DNA of 64,000 bases from Octopus vulgaris (taxonomy: Eukaryota): NCBI GenBank assembly GCA_951406725.2, contig OX597817.1, positions 96,782,001-96,846,000 on the forward strand, read 5' to 3'. Every line of letters begins with the position of its first letter. Positions within the stretch are counted from its first letter, which is position 1. The notes below the pieces were generated by a model. It had not been told where the DNA came from, did no database searches, and was given only the letters and a program-made list of their open reading frames with translations. This document shows, piece by piece, positions 13,007 through 25,984 of this stretch. A program made the translations under genes and the position numbers.

Positions 13007-13311
13007 GTCAAAAGAAATATTCTCGCAGTCATGTAGTAATACAAGAAATCAGGGTGGACTCCGACCAATATGCAAAGATGTAGCTAGACATAACATGCGA
13101 AGATTTGATATACATACACGCAGCTGGAACACAGCAGCTAAAGAGCTGGAACAGCTAGAAACTGATAAACTTACCCTACAACTCGGGATGATGAACTACT
13201 TAAAATGATAGCAATAACAAATAATGCAAATATCATTGTCAGTGTATCCAGCTGTTATACACAAAAAGAAAGAAAAACATTCGTTGTGATTTTTTTTTTT
13301 TTGTTACTTGC

Positions 13312-13463
13312 CTATTAAATGTTTCCAAAGTATATGCGATCAACGGTTTCCCCATAATGGGCCAAAATTGCTTTGGAGTAGGCACTCCCGTCCGTGAACC
13401 ATAACCTCCAGCCGGCAAAACAACGCACACATTGAAATCCACTGGACTTTCGTCACCCGACAT
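13312..13463 (-). CDS. CRPPA: First coding exon of D-ribitol-5-phosphate cytidylyltransferase (ISPD/CRPPA, IspD family)
   Basis: [51 protein letters not shown] has the IspD signature LPAGG.G.R.G..TPKQF; homology stops at AG|gcaagt; later exons not recognised in the window. Confidence 0.85.
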
Positions 13464-13919
13464 TGGAAACGTGTTGTTTGTTGATGATTTGTGACAAAGA
13501 TGGGGATTGGCTGCTATTTTCGTTCGAAGAAAATCGACCAATCACTGACAGCAACATAGATTGCTGTAGAAACAGATTTGATAACACAAATATTGTAATT
13601 ATCAGAGCAATGATACAATACAGAATAAAATATCAGAAATGGAAAGAAAAATAGTTAGGTAATTTTATAACAGGCTATTTTCACAAGTAAATAATTGTAA
13701 ATATTACACGTTTCCTATGTTTGAAATACCTAAATTGTAAGTTAAATACAAAAAAATGGTCTGTGTACAGAATGTTAATCTTAAATTCGTTGGGTCTTTT
13801 TGTTTATTCTTTTTCATGTAAAGTTGCGTTAAGCCGCCTGCAAAATTTTGAGAAGCAAAAAACTGAAATCGGAGAATAAAACAATTATAAGGAAAAATAT
13901 ACAAAAAAAATATTCATCG

Positions 13920-14270
13920 AATCATCATCGTCGTTTAACGTCCGCTTTCCATGCTAGCATGGGTTGGAGAGTTCGACCGGGGTCTGGGAAGCCAGGAGGT
14001 TGCACCAGGCTCCAGTCTGATCTGGCAGTGTTTCTACAGCTGGATGCCCTTCCTTACGCCAACCACTCCATGAGTGTAGTGGGTGCTTTTTACGTGTCAC
14101 CAGCACGGGCGCCAGTGAAGGCGGCGTTGGCATCGGCCACGTTCGGATGGTGCTTTTTAGGTGCCACAGGCACGGGTATCACAACTACAATTTCCATTTG
14201 ATTTTTATTTTGATGTTGATGTACTTGACTCAGTAGGTCTCCTCAAGCACAACAGGTTACCCTACGATCC
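13920..14270 (-). mobile_element. RTE-type 3' end or RTE-tailed SINE
   Basis: (cat)n tail then tttaacgtccgctttccatgctagcatgggttgga; near-identical to 25985-26160. Confidence 0.7.
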
Positions 14271-14399
14271 AAGGTTAGCACATGTACAGATTTTTTTTAT
14301 GACTTGATGTGATATGTACTGGAAAACTAACACTTCTTTTTTCTGAGCTGGGAATGCCACTTGCAAAACAGACGCGAATGAAATTTCTTTGTCCTGTCA

Positions 14400-14495
14400 A
14401 AAGATGATGGCTGGATTTCCCTTCGACCTCCAGCCTGAGCTGTGTCGTTTAAAGTTCAAATGGACATGAGGCGACCTACATAGGTAGAAATTACT
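14400..14495 (+). mobile_element. Short Penelope GIY-YIG remnant
   Basis: With frameshifts reads CVV.KFK.T.EATYIGR. Confidence 0.35.
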
Positions 14496-15419
14496 CCTGT
14501 GGTATGTCTGTCCTTCTAGCTGAGATAACCATGATAAATACAGTCAGATACACAACAGATGAGCAGACAGCCAGTAAGGAGCGAACCTTTGACAGACAGC
14601 AGTTAACTTGCACTAGTCAAGCAGCAAACACAGAACCACATATTCAGCAAGAGCGACCTAATACAGTAGCAGTCACAGAACATAAACAGACACTACCGAA
14701 TGACCAATGCACACACAGACACAAAACATGCCTCATCACACTGACACAGTGTTTCTCCTGTTGCCTGTTTTTACTTCGCCAACTAGAAGCAAGTTGGTAA
14801 TGTCATGTAGCGGATTTCCTTGTGTCTACAACACATAAATGCAAGTGTTGATTAAATAAATTATTTAACCACAATCTGATGCTTTCCTATTGTTTTACTT
14901 TGATGTCATCCACATGCCTATTTAATCTGCTACCTCAACAACATTTTTTGCTACACATCCCACTACACATTTATTGACAACTGAATGAAATATGAACTGG
15001 AATCTTTTTTAATCTTTTTCCCCCCATTTATTTACTATATACTTTTGTAAAGTGTGCACTTTTTAGATTAATGAACTGTACATTGATCATGCAATTTATA
15101 ATACATAAATTCAAATAATACAATTCTCCAAATATATTTTTATGAAAATCAACCAATAGTAAACAGATACTTCAGCACATTTACAATATCAGTAAAATCC
15201 TCTGTGATTCTTAGCTGAGAAAATTGTTGTAATTATGTCACTCATCCATTATTTACGGCGGTCCTATACTTCCAGTCTTCATTCACTTCTGATTCACTTC
15301 CTTTAACTGTATTTAAATTTCATAACTAAAGTCGGCTTGTTCTTATGATTGAATAAAACCTTTAATTGTGGCATCTTCAGCGTCTGCATGTAACATAATT
15401 TTGTTCTGACATAAGAATA

Positions 15420-16720
15420 GTAATGGATCCAAAAATCTTCCAAAAAACACTTGTTGGTGAGTTGTCTGAAAAAGATTACAATTATTAGCAGAAAATGTTA
15501 CGTGTACATGAAGCAAGCAAAATACTCACCGAACTGCTTTTTCCCTTCAGTGCTGTCAATGAGTGTACCTTATTCCAGGAAGTCCTCAATCTCCTTATCA
15601 AAAACACATTTTCTATTATGGCTTGATACAGATTACGTAACCAAACTCAAGCAGAAGACCAGTTGATAGACCTGAAAAATATTGCAAGGAAGTGTCTAAG
15701 TGCAGAATATCATGACTTATTAATTTGCGATGCTTGCATCTCAGGAATAAGTTCATCGACCATTCATCAATAGTTACTTGAGTCTACCGAAGACGACCTA
15801 GAATTATTGGTAAAACTTGCTTTAACAATGGAATTGGCCAACAAGGATGCAAGGAACTTGTCAATGATGAATCCTTCATGCCCTCCAGTTCTGGTAGCTT
15901 CAGAATGATCCTTCTACTGGTCTAGTGGACCTATTCATTCAAACTCTACCTGTAATAACTGCCACCAAAAAGGACACTGGGCAATAAGTTAAATGATCAC
16001 ACACTCTACTGGATGCTGAATCAGATAGGGTCTTTATTTGTCTAGATCTGGCCATAGCGTTTGGGCTTTTTCCAACAATGTCAAAAAATGCCATCCTTTT
16101 AGCCAATAAAAAGCATTTAAGATTGTGTTTAGTCACACTAGAGTGGGATGGATGGTATAACAAAGCAGTGCTTAAGGAATTAAGTTGCCAACATTATATG
16201 TCCAAATTAATATCGATCGCTACGAAATCGTGAAGAAATCACTGTCATAGAGAGTTCATCGAAGGTTAAATGAAAAGAATGTTGAAAATGGGATTATTCA
16301 GGAAACTAGAAGTGCGTGGAGCACACAGTCATTCATCATGTCAAGAATTAAGACTAATAGTTGACTATTCCAACACCATAAATTGCTTTAGTCCTATTGA
16401 CGCTTATCCTGCAGCTAACTCGAAAGAATCACGTACAATTATTACTTCTCTACTGTCAACTTGAAGGAAGGCTATCATCAAATTCCATGACAGTTTTTGA
16501 AGCCTATAGCAAACTGTTCAAATTTACTTGCCTACCATTTGTGTGTACCAATGCTGTCACCATCTTTCAATGCATTATAGATTCATTCATTCAGGATAAT
16601 TCTCTTCAAAAGACCTATTGTTACATTGATGACATCATTATCAGAGGTGACACAAAGAAAGAACATGACTGTAATTTAGTCAAGTTCCAGCAGGCAGCTG
16701 TATATGCAACAGTAAAATTT
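15420..16720 (+). mobile_element. Highly decayed Ty3/Gypsy gag-pol remnant
   Basis: LIVDYSNTIN..SPIDAYP, FKFTCLPFVCTNAVTIFQ and YCYIDDIII RT motifs in ORFs 16270-16464 and 16397-16738. Confidence 0.75.
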
Positions 16721-17669
16721 CAAATATTATTCCCATGAATTTGGATAATTTCATTCTCCAGTGGAGGAGAATCTGACATTTCAAGACTGACCGTTTGTAT
16801 GAGAGGAAAGTGTTTTTCCAACAAATCACTCTCCTCTTTGGTGAATGGTTGGTTCACACCTTAAAGCTACATCAGTATATCTTAAAGCATAAGCACAATG
16901 GGTAGTTGGCTGATGCCTACAATGAAGTTTTAAAAGAGTAAGGTAAAAGGACAGGTAAAATGAATTTTTTACAATTTCTGTCATAGTACATGAAGGAAAT
17001 TTCTTCATTGCTGGTTACATAGAACAGACACAACACTTGGATTACAGAAGCCACACACATAATAATACTCAGACTGAGCCTCAACAGAAAACATGAATGG
17101 AATAACACTCATGTATTCATCTGCACTATGCAACCTGACGACTAAAGACAGAATGAGAGAAGAAAAAAACCACTTACAAACAGTATAATACATAAATCTA
17201 TACACATGCACAAGACACATATATACATACTAAAGATAGAATATGAAAAAAATATTAATAAGCAAATAAATGAATAAAAAATAACTAAATAAAAGATGCA
17301 GGTGCAAACAGTGTAGTAAACAAGCCCACATGCATGCACACAAAACACATAGACATGCACACATACACAAACACAGATACAGATACAAATGCATGTGCAG
17401 ATAAGGATACATACCACGGAAAGACAGAATGGACTAAACAGAACATAGGAGGTGTAATGAAAGATTTCAGATAAAGGACACTAAATAAGAATAAGAATAA
17501 AACTGAAGCGAAGACCAATTATATACTGAGTGTGTTTAGTTGGCAAAAATACAACCATACCCAAATATAACAAGAACTGTTGCAACACAATTTCACATCA
17601 TGAATCTTGCAAAACAAATACATAAACGTATTTTTGAAGCCTATAACAAACTGGTTGTGGCCAGTCACG

Positions 17670-17730
17670 GAGTTACCATTAGTTTTGCACCATTAATGCT
17701 CTTAGCAACATAGTGCGAGTCATCAGACTC
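17670..17730 (-). ncRNA. Type I hammerhead motif (G12A, likely CpG decay), same family as 30541-30692
   Basis: Minus strand gagt-CTGATGA-ctcgcac...gtgc-AAAA-ctaatgg-TA-actc. Confidence 0.6.
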
Positions 17731-18249
17731 ACTGGCCAGAGGCACAGAACCTCTCTACTACTGGAGGTAAGAATACACTCTTGGTCAGTTAGTGTTGTGA
17801 GAAAACCTCCAAAATGAAATTCTACTGAGCGACATCCTTTCTGGATGGCATGGAGTTATCTCCCTTCAACCAGCTCCAGTTGTGTCCAAAAGGGTCATAT
17901 ATGCTTTTTTTCAGTTCACTAGTCAGCGAGCTGGGAACCCCACGTTTCCAACACAAATTTCCTCTGATGTCGAAAAGCGATTTTGTTTTAGTAAATTACA
18001 GAAAACATAATTTTTTATTTACCCTTCTGTGTGAATACATATATAAAGACAGACGAAATACTGCTAAGCATTTCACCTGGCATGAATAACGTTTCTGCCA
18101 GCTCACCACCTTATGAGGAAAAATATCGAAAAACATCAATATATGTGAGAGTAATAAAGAAATGATTTTGTTAAAAAGTATCCATTTTGTTTTAATAAAT
18201 TACAGAAAATATGAGTGTGCATAATTTTTTATTTACCCTTCTGTGTGAA

Positions 18250-19782
18250 TCTCTATATATATAAAACTGAGAATGTGTGTCTGTCTGTCAGTTTCCCTAA
18301 AACTTGAGAACTACACAACCAATTTCATTCAAATTTTACACATGCCTTACTTAGGGTCCGGGGAGTGTCATCGGCAAAATATTCAACTTCTTGCCTAGGG
18401 CGAGCCCATAGCAATATCATATCTTCTCCACTATTTCAGTATTACGTGTTAAAAGTGAAACAGAAACATTTCTCAATTTTATGAGATAATAATAACAATT
18501 GAATTATATGTAGTAAGTAGTAATTAAAATCAAACTAAAGTATAATATAATAATTAAATCATAACATAACAAAAGTAAAAATAGCAATTGGTATAAAATT
18601 GCATCAATGACTTGAACTTAAATAAGTGGTTTCACATGAATGGGAATAAATTAAAAATAAAATAAGTGTACAGAAATGGAATAGTCCAGATGGAGCTGTG
18701 CACATACCTTTTACCACAGCTTTTACATTAGATTATCTGCTAATTAGCTAGCATTAAGTATCTATATGAAGTTTGGCTGTATGTAATGTCTGTTTTCTAG
18801 AACAGCCGCTTCTACTGAGTACTGCTGTTGGTTTATTTCTTATACATAAAGGACTATAGCTTCAACTGCGTACTGCTTTTTGATTCACCATAAGGTTTGT
18901 TGTTATTATTATAACTGTTTAACTATTGTTATCACGTTTGTTGGTTCCTCGAAAGGGAAACGTTGTGTTGCATTTGTTAAATAATTGTAAACCGTAACCC
19001 TCCCACTTTGGGAGAAAGAGCTTTGGTTATTGTTTAAAAATTGAATTGTGTCCGTGTTTGGGGACACAATTCAATTTTGACAATATTTTCACCGTCTATA
19101 CGAAAGCATTTTCGTTAAAATGCCTTCGATAGAAGAAAGTCCAAAAATGAATTTTGTTTCAGCCGTCGGTGGGCACGAACTCATTACAACTCATTAAAAT
19201 GGAAGAAATACCAACCTATTTCGGATTGATCACCGACAAAGACGGTGAATCTAGGATAACACCACCAAACGAAATAAAAAATTAAATTAAAGAAAAGACT
19301 ATTGTCTATAAAGTATACAATGTAGAGAAAAAAAAAGATTTGAATGCCTGGAGGAAAGCACCATTGAAAAGTGTCTTGGTGTGACTATGAAAGATATCGA
19401 GTATCTAACCAGAGGCGGTAAGCAAGGTTCAAATCAACGGAGCGTGCAAGGGAGTACTTGACTCGAACCTTGCAAAGTGGAAATATTTTATTTTTACCTT
19501 TATATCTGGGACGTAGGACATCCTGGATAAAAATTAAAAATGTCCCCCCAGAAGTAGAGGTAGGCTGGATTGTAGTCACACTTCTATACAAGAGGGAGGA
19601 CAAGATACAATTGATTGAAATTGCAAGAGACGGGCCTACAATTCCAGTCTGTTATATATTTTGAGTATTGTTATCACTAGCGATATCAACATATAACTTT
19701 GTATTTTGTATTTTATGTGTAGATGTACACATATATACAAGCACTAGCACTATGACCCGGCAATGCCGGGTCATAATGCTAG
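18250..19782 (+). mobile_element. Non-autonomous Helitron
   Basis: A|TC start (tctctatatatataaaactgag), subterminal hairpin tatgacccggca-a-tgccgggtcata, CTAG|T end, no TSD. Confidence 0.8.
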
Positions 19783-20594
19783 TATATATATAATCACTAT
19801 GTAAAGTATGTGCTTCAAATAGTATGAATATTATTTAAACTAGCAGAAAGACTGCCCTTCGAATAGTTTTATGCTAGCCACTTGATAATGTTTTCACATT
19901 TGATTCCCAATTCTAATAATCTTTATGATGTCTAATTATTTCTTTAATAATAGTGCTCACTTGCTTAGTAAATATTACTTTCATTATTTTATCACAGTCA
20001 TAATCTCTTTTTTTAAACAAACATCATGGTAGTCCAACAACAGTTTTACCTTCCCCTCAAAGCAACATAGAGATTACAATTCAGCAGCCCATCTGTAAGC
20101 TTTGCAGCATGTATGTGCGAGAGAGAGAGAGTGGGGAGGAGAGAGAACATTGAGAACGATGAATGAAATAAACATGAAATGAAAAAATCATAATAAAAGG
20201 GCATTTCTACAGATGTACATGCCCCCGACTTTGTTGCCTCATAACATCCAGAAAAATGGATACTTTTCAACAAAATTTCTACCACTTAGATGTTGTAGCT
20301 TCAGAGTATATAGAGATTTATGGGGAAGAATTTTCCAAGGAAGTGGAGGGAGGAGTTTTCTGAAAATTTACACAATCTGATTTTTTCCTTCATAACTTTC
20401 AGGAAAATGGGTATCTTTTAATGAAAGTTTATACAAATTCCTTCCAAATGAATTTGTGTGGAAAATTTTTTCAGGGATTTTCATCATTTTTATTTAAACC
20501 ACAGCCTTTGAAATGATGAAGTTGGGTAGAGGGAGGCATCTTTGTATGAAAACTTTTTTTTTCTTTACAACCCGCCTCCTTCATCATCCCTCTC

Positions 20595-21590
20595 TAGACC
20601 TATTTTGGCCAATTTTTTTTTGCACTACAAAATCATGGAAAGAGCATTTTTGGTAAAAAAAAAAAAAAAACTCACTATTTTGAGAGGGAAAAGTGAGAGA
20701 TTTTAGGGCAATTTGGCTATTGTTTCTAGCACATCCAAAGACAACCCTCCTTGTTTCTTTATCACTCTTGCATGTATTGATGTTTTTCAATATTTTTTCC
20801 TCATAAGGTGGCGAGCTAGCAGAAATGTTATCATGCCAGGCGAAATACTTAGCAATATTTCATCTGTCTTTACATTCTGAGTTCAAATTTCACCAATGTT
20901 AACTTTATCTTTTATCCTTTCAGGGTCAATAAATTAAGTACCAGTTACATACTGGAGTCGATCTAATTAACTGGCCCCCTCCCCAAAAATTTCGGGCCTT
21001 GTGCCTAGTGTAAAAAAGAATATTTTTTCCCCTTAAATACATTTATATGCTATAAAAAAGAAAATTTGAGAAATTATGAATTTTTGAAACCCACACCCTA
21101 CCCCCGATTGTTTCTTGTTTAGAAATTAAAATATTGGAGAGCCTGAGAAGGTCATTGCTGGCATTTATCCACAGTGATTTTTAAAAAGTTACACAAATAA
21201 TTCATTTTAATAGCATACTTTTCTGTTTGAAAATGTTTTTTTCATACACACACGCACTGCTTCTTTTAATTGAGGTGGGGGTAAAAATTTAGATTACAAT
21301 TTATTTTGTTACCTATAGTCCACCAAAGGACCACACATGTGTTACTTCAGCAACATCATTCCATAAAATGTGTTTAATGGGAGAAAAATATTTGAAAAAG
21401 CATTAATAAATGTGTAGGTGAAAAGGGATTGTGGTTTGAGTTGTGCTAGAAACAACAACGAAGCCTCTCTTGAATTGTTCACCTTTTCTCTGGAAATATT
21501 AACGATTTATTTTGTTCTTTTTTACCAAAAATGCTCTTTGCATGGTTTTTAAGTTAAAAAAGAAAATGGCCAAAATCAGTCTGGATAGTT
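20595..21590. repeat. Second member of the ~1 kb foldback family, with a SINE inserted
   Basis: 20595-20660 vs rc 21520-21585; shares blocks with 10735-11745. Confidence 0.6.
20806..21022 (+). mobile_element. tRNA-derived SINE
   Basis: ggtggcgagctagcagaa head, B box gagttcaaat, AT-rich tail; related minus-strand fragments at 18044-18112 and 36960-37350. Confidence 0.7.
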
Positions 21591-23315
21591 ATTATTGTAA
21601 GGCTTATAGCGTTCCAAACAGCCATAACAACAAAATCACTTTTTAAATTGTTTTACAAAAATTATACAGGTATTTTAAAAAATGTTCATTCAATAAATAA
21701 TGTTTTTACATTACATATACATTAATAGAATAGACTGTCGGTTTTCCAAATAGCAAACTAAAACTTGAAATGGAAATATTGAAAGAGAAAGGGAGAGACT
21801 TTGCAACTGAAAATGGAATACTCCACAGTGAATGTAATGAATGTTTAAATTTGTGAAGAAACGGATGCAGTGAATACAATGAATATTTAAATTTGCGAGA
21901 AATTGGAGTTAAAGAATTCAATAAACTTGAGAAATCAAAATTATAGGAAATTTCTTAGAACATGAATTTATAAAAATATTTCCAAATAGTCAACCCTTTA
22001 ATAATTGTTTTCTTTTAGTAACTGTTACATACCTAATTAATAAGCAGCTTTCTCCATTATAGTATAGAAGATATTACAAATTATTTTATTAAGTCCATAT
22101 AATAATGAATGTGTACAAGGTGCTTGTTGCTTTGTGCTGACTGTTAGGAACTATATATGACTGCTGAGAGCTGACTATCGCTTGTACTTAGGTGAACTGT
22201 AGCTGGTGGAGATGAGGCTGACTGTTAACTGTTGTGTGCTTGCTATTATTTCTAGTGCTGGTGGCCAACAGTTAAACATAGAAGAAAACAAAATCTATTG
22301 AAATTTTTTACAACAAACATTCTTTTTGTACTCAAACAGAAGGCAAATACTGTTGTTACTACAAATGACAAATGTTGAGAGAGTTTGGATGTTATTGTTT
22401 TGGTATAATTGTAGAGTATCCAAAAAGTTACTGCAAGTTGTGTTGCTGTAGCCGATATTTCATTATGTTGAATGTCAGCTTGGTTCAGCCACTGCCCATA
22501 TCTATTCACTTTCTCTGCTCATCTCAAAAGCTCTGTCTGGTGGACGCATGTGTGTCATTTTATATCTATTGATGGACTCAAAGGAGAGCAGCAAAAGTTG
22601 AGATTGCCGTTGAAGCTACATGAAGTCATGTGAAGATTGGCCAGATTTTGTTGATTATATGGGCAACATTCTTTCCAGGCAAAGTCATTATTGGTTAAAT
22701 TCGCTGATCATGTGGGCAACATTCCAGCACATCATGACATCATGTGATTGTTAAATATTCTCGATACAAATGCTCTACAATACATTCTTCTAGAGTTTGA
22801 AGGCAGCCTGCATCTGTATCTAAGGTGGAATCAGCCTTGATATTTTGATTGCAAACATGCTCATTGAAACTACAAACCAGCTAAGATTGTTTTATTGTAA
22901 ACTATAACTTTTTTGTCAAAGCTTTTACATTTCCTTCTCTATCATTGTCATCACGTTGATAGAGGCCATGGGGAATGAGATTCCTTTCTCTTGTGCATAA
23001 ATGTTTGTCTGAAGTACAGATGACAAATTAATTTATTAGCTCATTAATACAGAAACTCGAGTTTGGGGTTAACTATAAAAATATTTTATAATTTCATCCT
23101 CTTTGAAATTGCTTTTATTCATGGTTTGGGTTTTGTCTGCCCTTTCTAGCATTCAAGGGGTCCTGTCAAAGATTACCTCTTTCGTGTATAAATACATAAT
23201 TGTTTGTACACTATTATATATGAAAATATGTTGTCTATTGACTTTATTACACATGCTAGCCACTGGTATGAGAGTTTTTCTAAATTTTCTACCCTTATTA
23301 TTTTGAAAGTATAAA

Positions 23316-23466
<151 letters not shown>

Positions 23467-23468
23467 GT

Positions 23469-23773
23469 GGAGGCGCAATGGGCCCAGTGGTTAGGGCAGC
23501 GGACTTGCAGTCGTAGGATCGCGGTTTCGATTCCCAGACCGGGCGTTGTGTGTGTTTATTGAGCGAAAACACCTAAAAGCTCCACAACGCTCCAGCAGGG
23601 GGTGGTGATCCCTGCTGTACTCTTTCACCACTCTTTCTCTCACTCTTTCATCTGTTGGCCTGCTCGCTTAGCCAGCGGGGTGGCGTCATTCGAAGGCTAA
23701 AACAATGCGAACGCATTGTGACCAGCAATGTGTAGCAACATCTGATGGTCTGGTCGGTCACGTGATCACGTGA
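23469..23773 (+). mobile_element. tRNA-derived SINE inserted in (TA)n
   Basis: A box ggcccagtgg, B box ggtttcgattcc, ends in (cacgtgat)2, flanked by TA on both sides; degenerate relative at ~30808-31075. Confidence 0.75.
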
Positions 23774-23787
23774 TATATATATATATA

Positions 23788-25366
23788 CTAGATATACCCA
23801 TGTTTGAATCTACATGTTTGTATATATAAATGTATGTGTATGTATGCATGTGTGAGTGTGGTGAATTTTTAAATAAGGCATATGTGAGATTTTTGGAGGC
23901 TTGGTTTGAGAAAGAAAGGTATGTTTTCCTGGGATGGTATAAACCTCTTCAAGTTGAAAATATCGATGTGCAGTGACTAAGGAAGAAATGCTATTTTATT
24001 TAAAATAGTAATTTTTATATTTCATTTTTGGATTTGATTTGCAAGATTCTTTATATGAGTTCGTGTGTTGAAGCATATTCTGTTGTGTCTGGGGAGAGTT
24101 ATTTTCTTTTTGTACCTTATAATTTTACACACTCACTCGTAAAATTTCCACCTAGGAAAATAAAAATAAGAAATAAGTGGAAATTTTACCGGTGAATGTA
24201 TTAATTATCAGGCACAAAAAGAAAATGACTCTCCCCAGACACAACAATAATTTTTATCAACTTAATCAAAGGGCAAAAAAACAGAGTCCCTTCTAGTGAA
24301 TTTATTTCAACTCCATGTTATACCAATAGAAGCCATCCAACAGCACAGGGAGGAAACAGTCAAAAGTTTTTGCAATGCAACAACAGATTAAGGGAGTAAA
24401 AAAGAAAGCATAGTAATTTTCTCTTTAAGAAAACAATTAAGTTGAAAACGTGGATTTGAAGTACCGACCCCCTTCCCCCCAAAGTCGAGTGAGTGGAAAT
24501 AGATTACTATGATTATCTTTTTGAAATATGAGGTCAGTCCATCGCCACTTAATAGGTTTCTGACCTTCAAATAATTCCTTCATTTTTGGTGGTAAGTCAT
24601 GTAATGGTGCGAAATTAAGTTTTCCATTAATACAGCAAAAGATGGCAATTTCTCCTGGAAATTTGAAAGCTCTACAAGAGGGGCATATTTGATTCATTTC
24701 TCCAAGAGAGACATCAATATCTTGATGGTTGCAGAGTTGACGGTGCTGGTTTTGAAGCCATTGAGCTTCTAATTTAAGTCGTTTCTGTTCTTCATTTTCA
24801 TTCAAATGAACTTGCTGTTGTCTCATTCGATCTTGCTCTAGTCTTTCAGCCCTTTGAGCATAATTTTCATTTAAATATCGGAGTTGTTGTCTTTCCAATT
24901 TACATTGTCTCTGTTCTTCAGTTTTAAGTCTTAATTGCTCTCTTTTTAATATCTTGATGTCTTTCCCTGTTTAGTTGATACCTCTCCCTTTCTCTGGTCC
25001 TTTTGGCTTTGTGTGTTGGAAGGCTTAAATCAAGCCTTTTTGGTAGCATCTGGGAAAAATATTCTTATGAATTCTTATAAAAAATATCTCATAAAAATAT
25101 AGGGAGAATTTCTATCTTTCACTCCACAGCACTTATTCAAAGTTGTTTGAATGACTAAGGGAGGAAAAAAGAAAGTAAAAAAAAGTAAGGGAAAAGGATG
25201 TATGGTGGTAGCTATGATGACTCTTTTTGAAGTGTTGCCACCACAAATCAACATTTTCAACTTGATATTTTTTTCTTAAAGGGAGAAATGTCTATTTTAG
25301 TTGTAATTTTTATCTTAATCAAAGGGCAGGAAAACAGACAAACTTTGAGTTTTAGTTTAATATAGA
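23788..25366 (-). mobile_element. Deleted Helitron carrying the N-terminal part of RepHel
   Basis: TC start at 25366, CTAG end at 23788; ORF 24437-24898 has R/Q-rich repeats then LGEMNQICPSCRAFKFPGE...CCINGK...LPP, the Helitron N-terminal Cys motif. Confidence 0.7.
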
Positions 25367-25388
25367 CACACATACACACACGCACATG

Positions 25389-25448
<60 letters not shown>

Positions 25449-25984
25449 TATAGATTGCTTCAAGTGGTGTACAGATTTTATATTTTAAGAAAAAGGTGGT
25501 CAGAATTTGGATAAAAACTATTTATTTAGTGCTTTCATCCCTCTCCGGGATTCCTCATGAATGGGTTGTTTATATGTGTGACTTAGTTGAAAAAAATCTG
25601 GTGTTGAATTTGTTTTCTCAGGAAAAGGATGTTTTGAGAGTGGCTAGTTGAGATGTTCATTGTCATTTTGAATCTACATGTTTGTATATATAAATGTATG
25701 TGTATGTATGTGTGTGTAAGTGAGTGTGGTGAATTTTTAAACAAAGCATGTGAGATTTTTGGAGGTTTGGTTTGAGAAAGAAAGGTGTGTTTTTCTGGGA
25801 TGGTATAAATTGATGGCATGCCAAACTTTTTATCACTTGCACTAACAGGATATTTGGTCAGCTGTCATGTTGCCCAGCTGTAGAAAATAAAATCTATCAA
25901 ATAGCTTGAGAAGGCTTTTAAATGTGTGTGTGTTTAAGCATATGTGTGTCGTTGGTTGTTTAAGTGAATTTTTCCAGTTATTTT

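Noticed and set aside
13464-13541. N-terminal extension of ISPD in the ORF track
   Set aside because: Starts at TTG right after a stop; the first in-frame ATG is 13463
14498-14968. Solo LTR candidates (also 22112-22779 and 37356-37773)
   Set aside because: TG...CA ends only; no convincing TSD or second copy in the window
23469-23545. tRNA gene
   Set aside because: A and B boxes are present but there is no clean cloverleaf and it continues into SINE body sequence; same for 6190-6262
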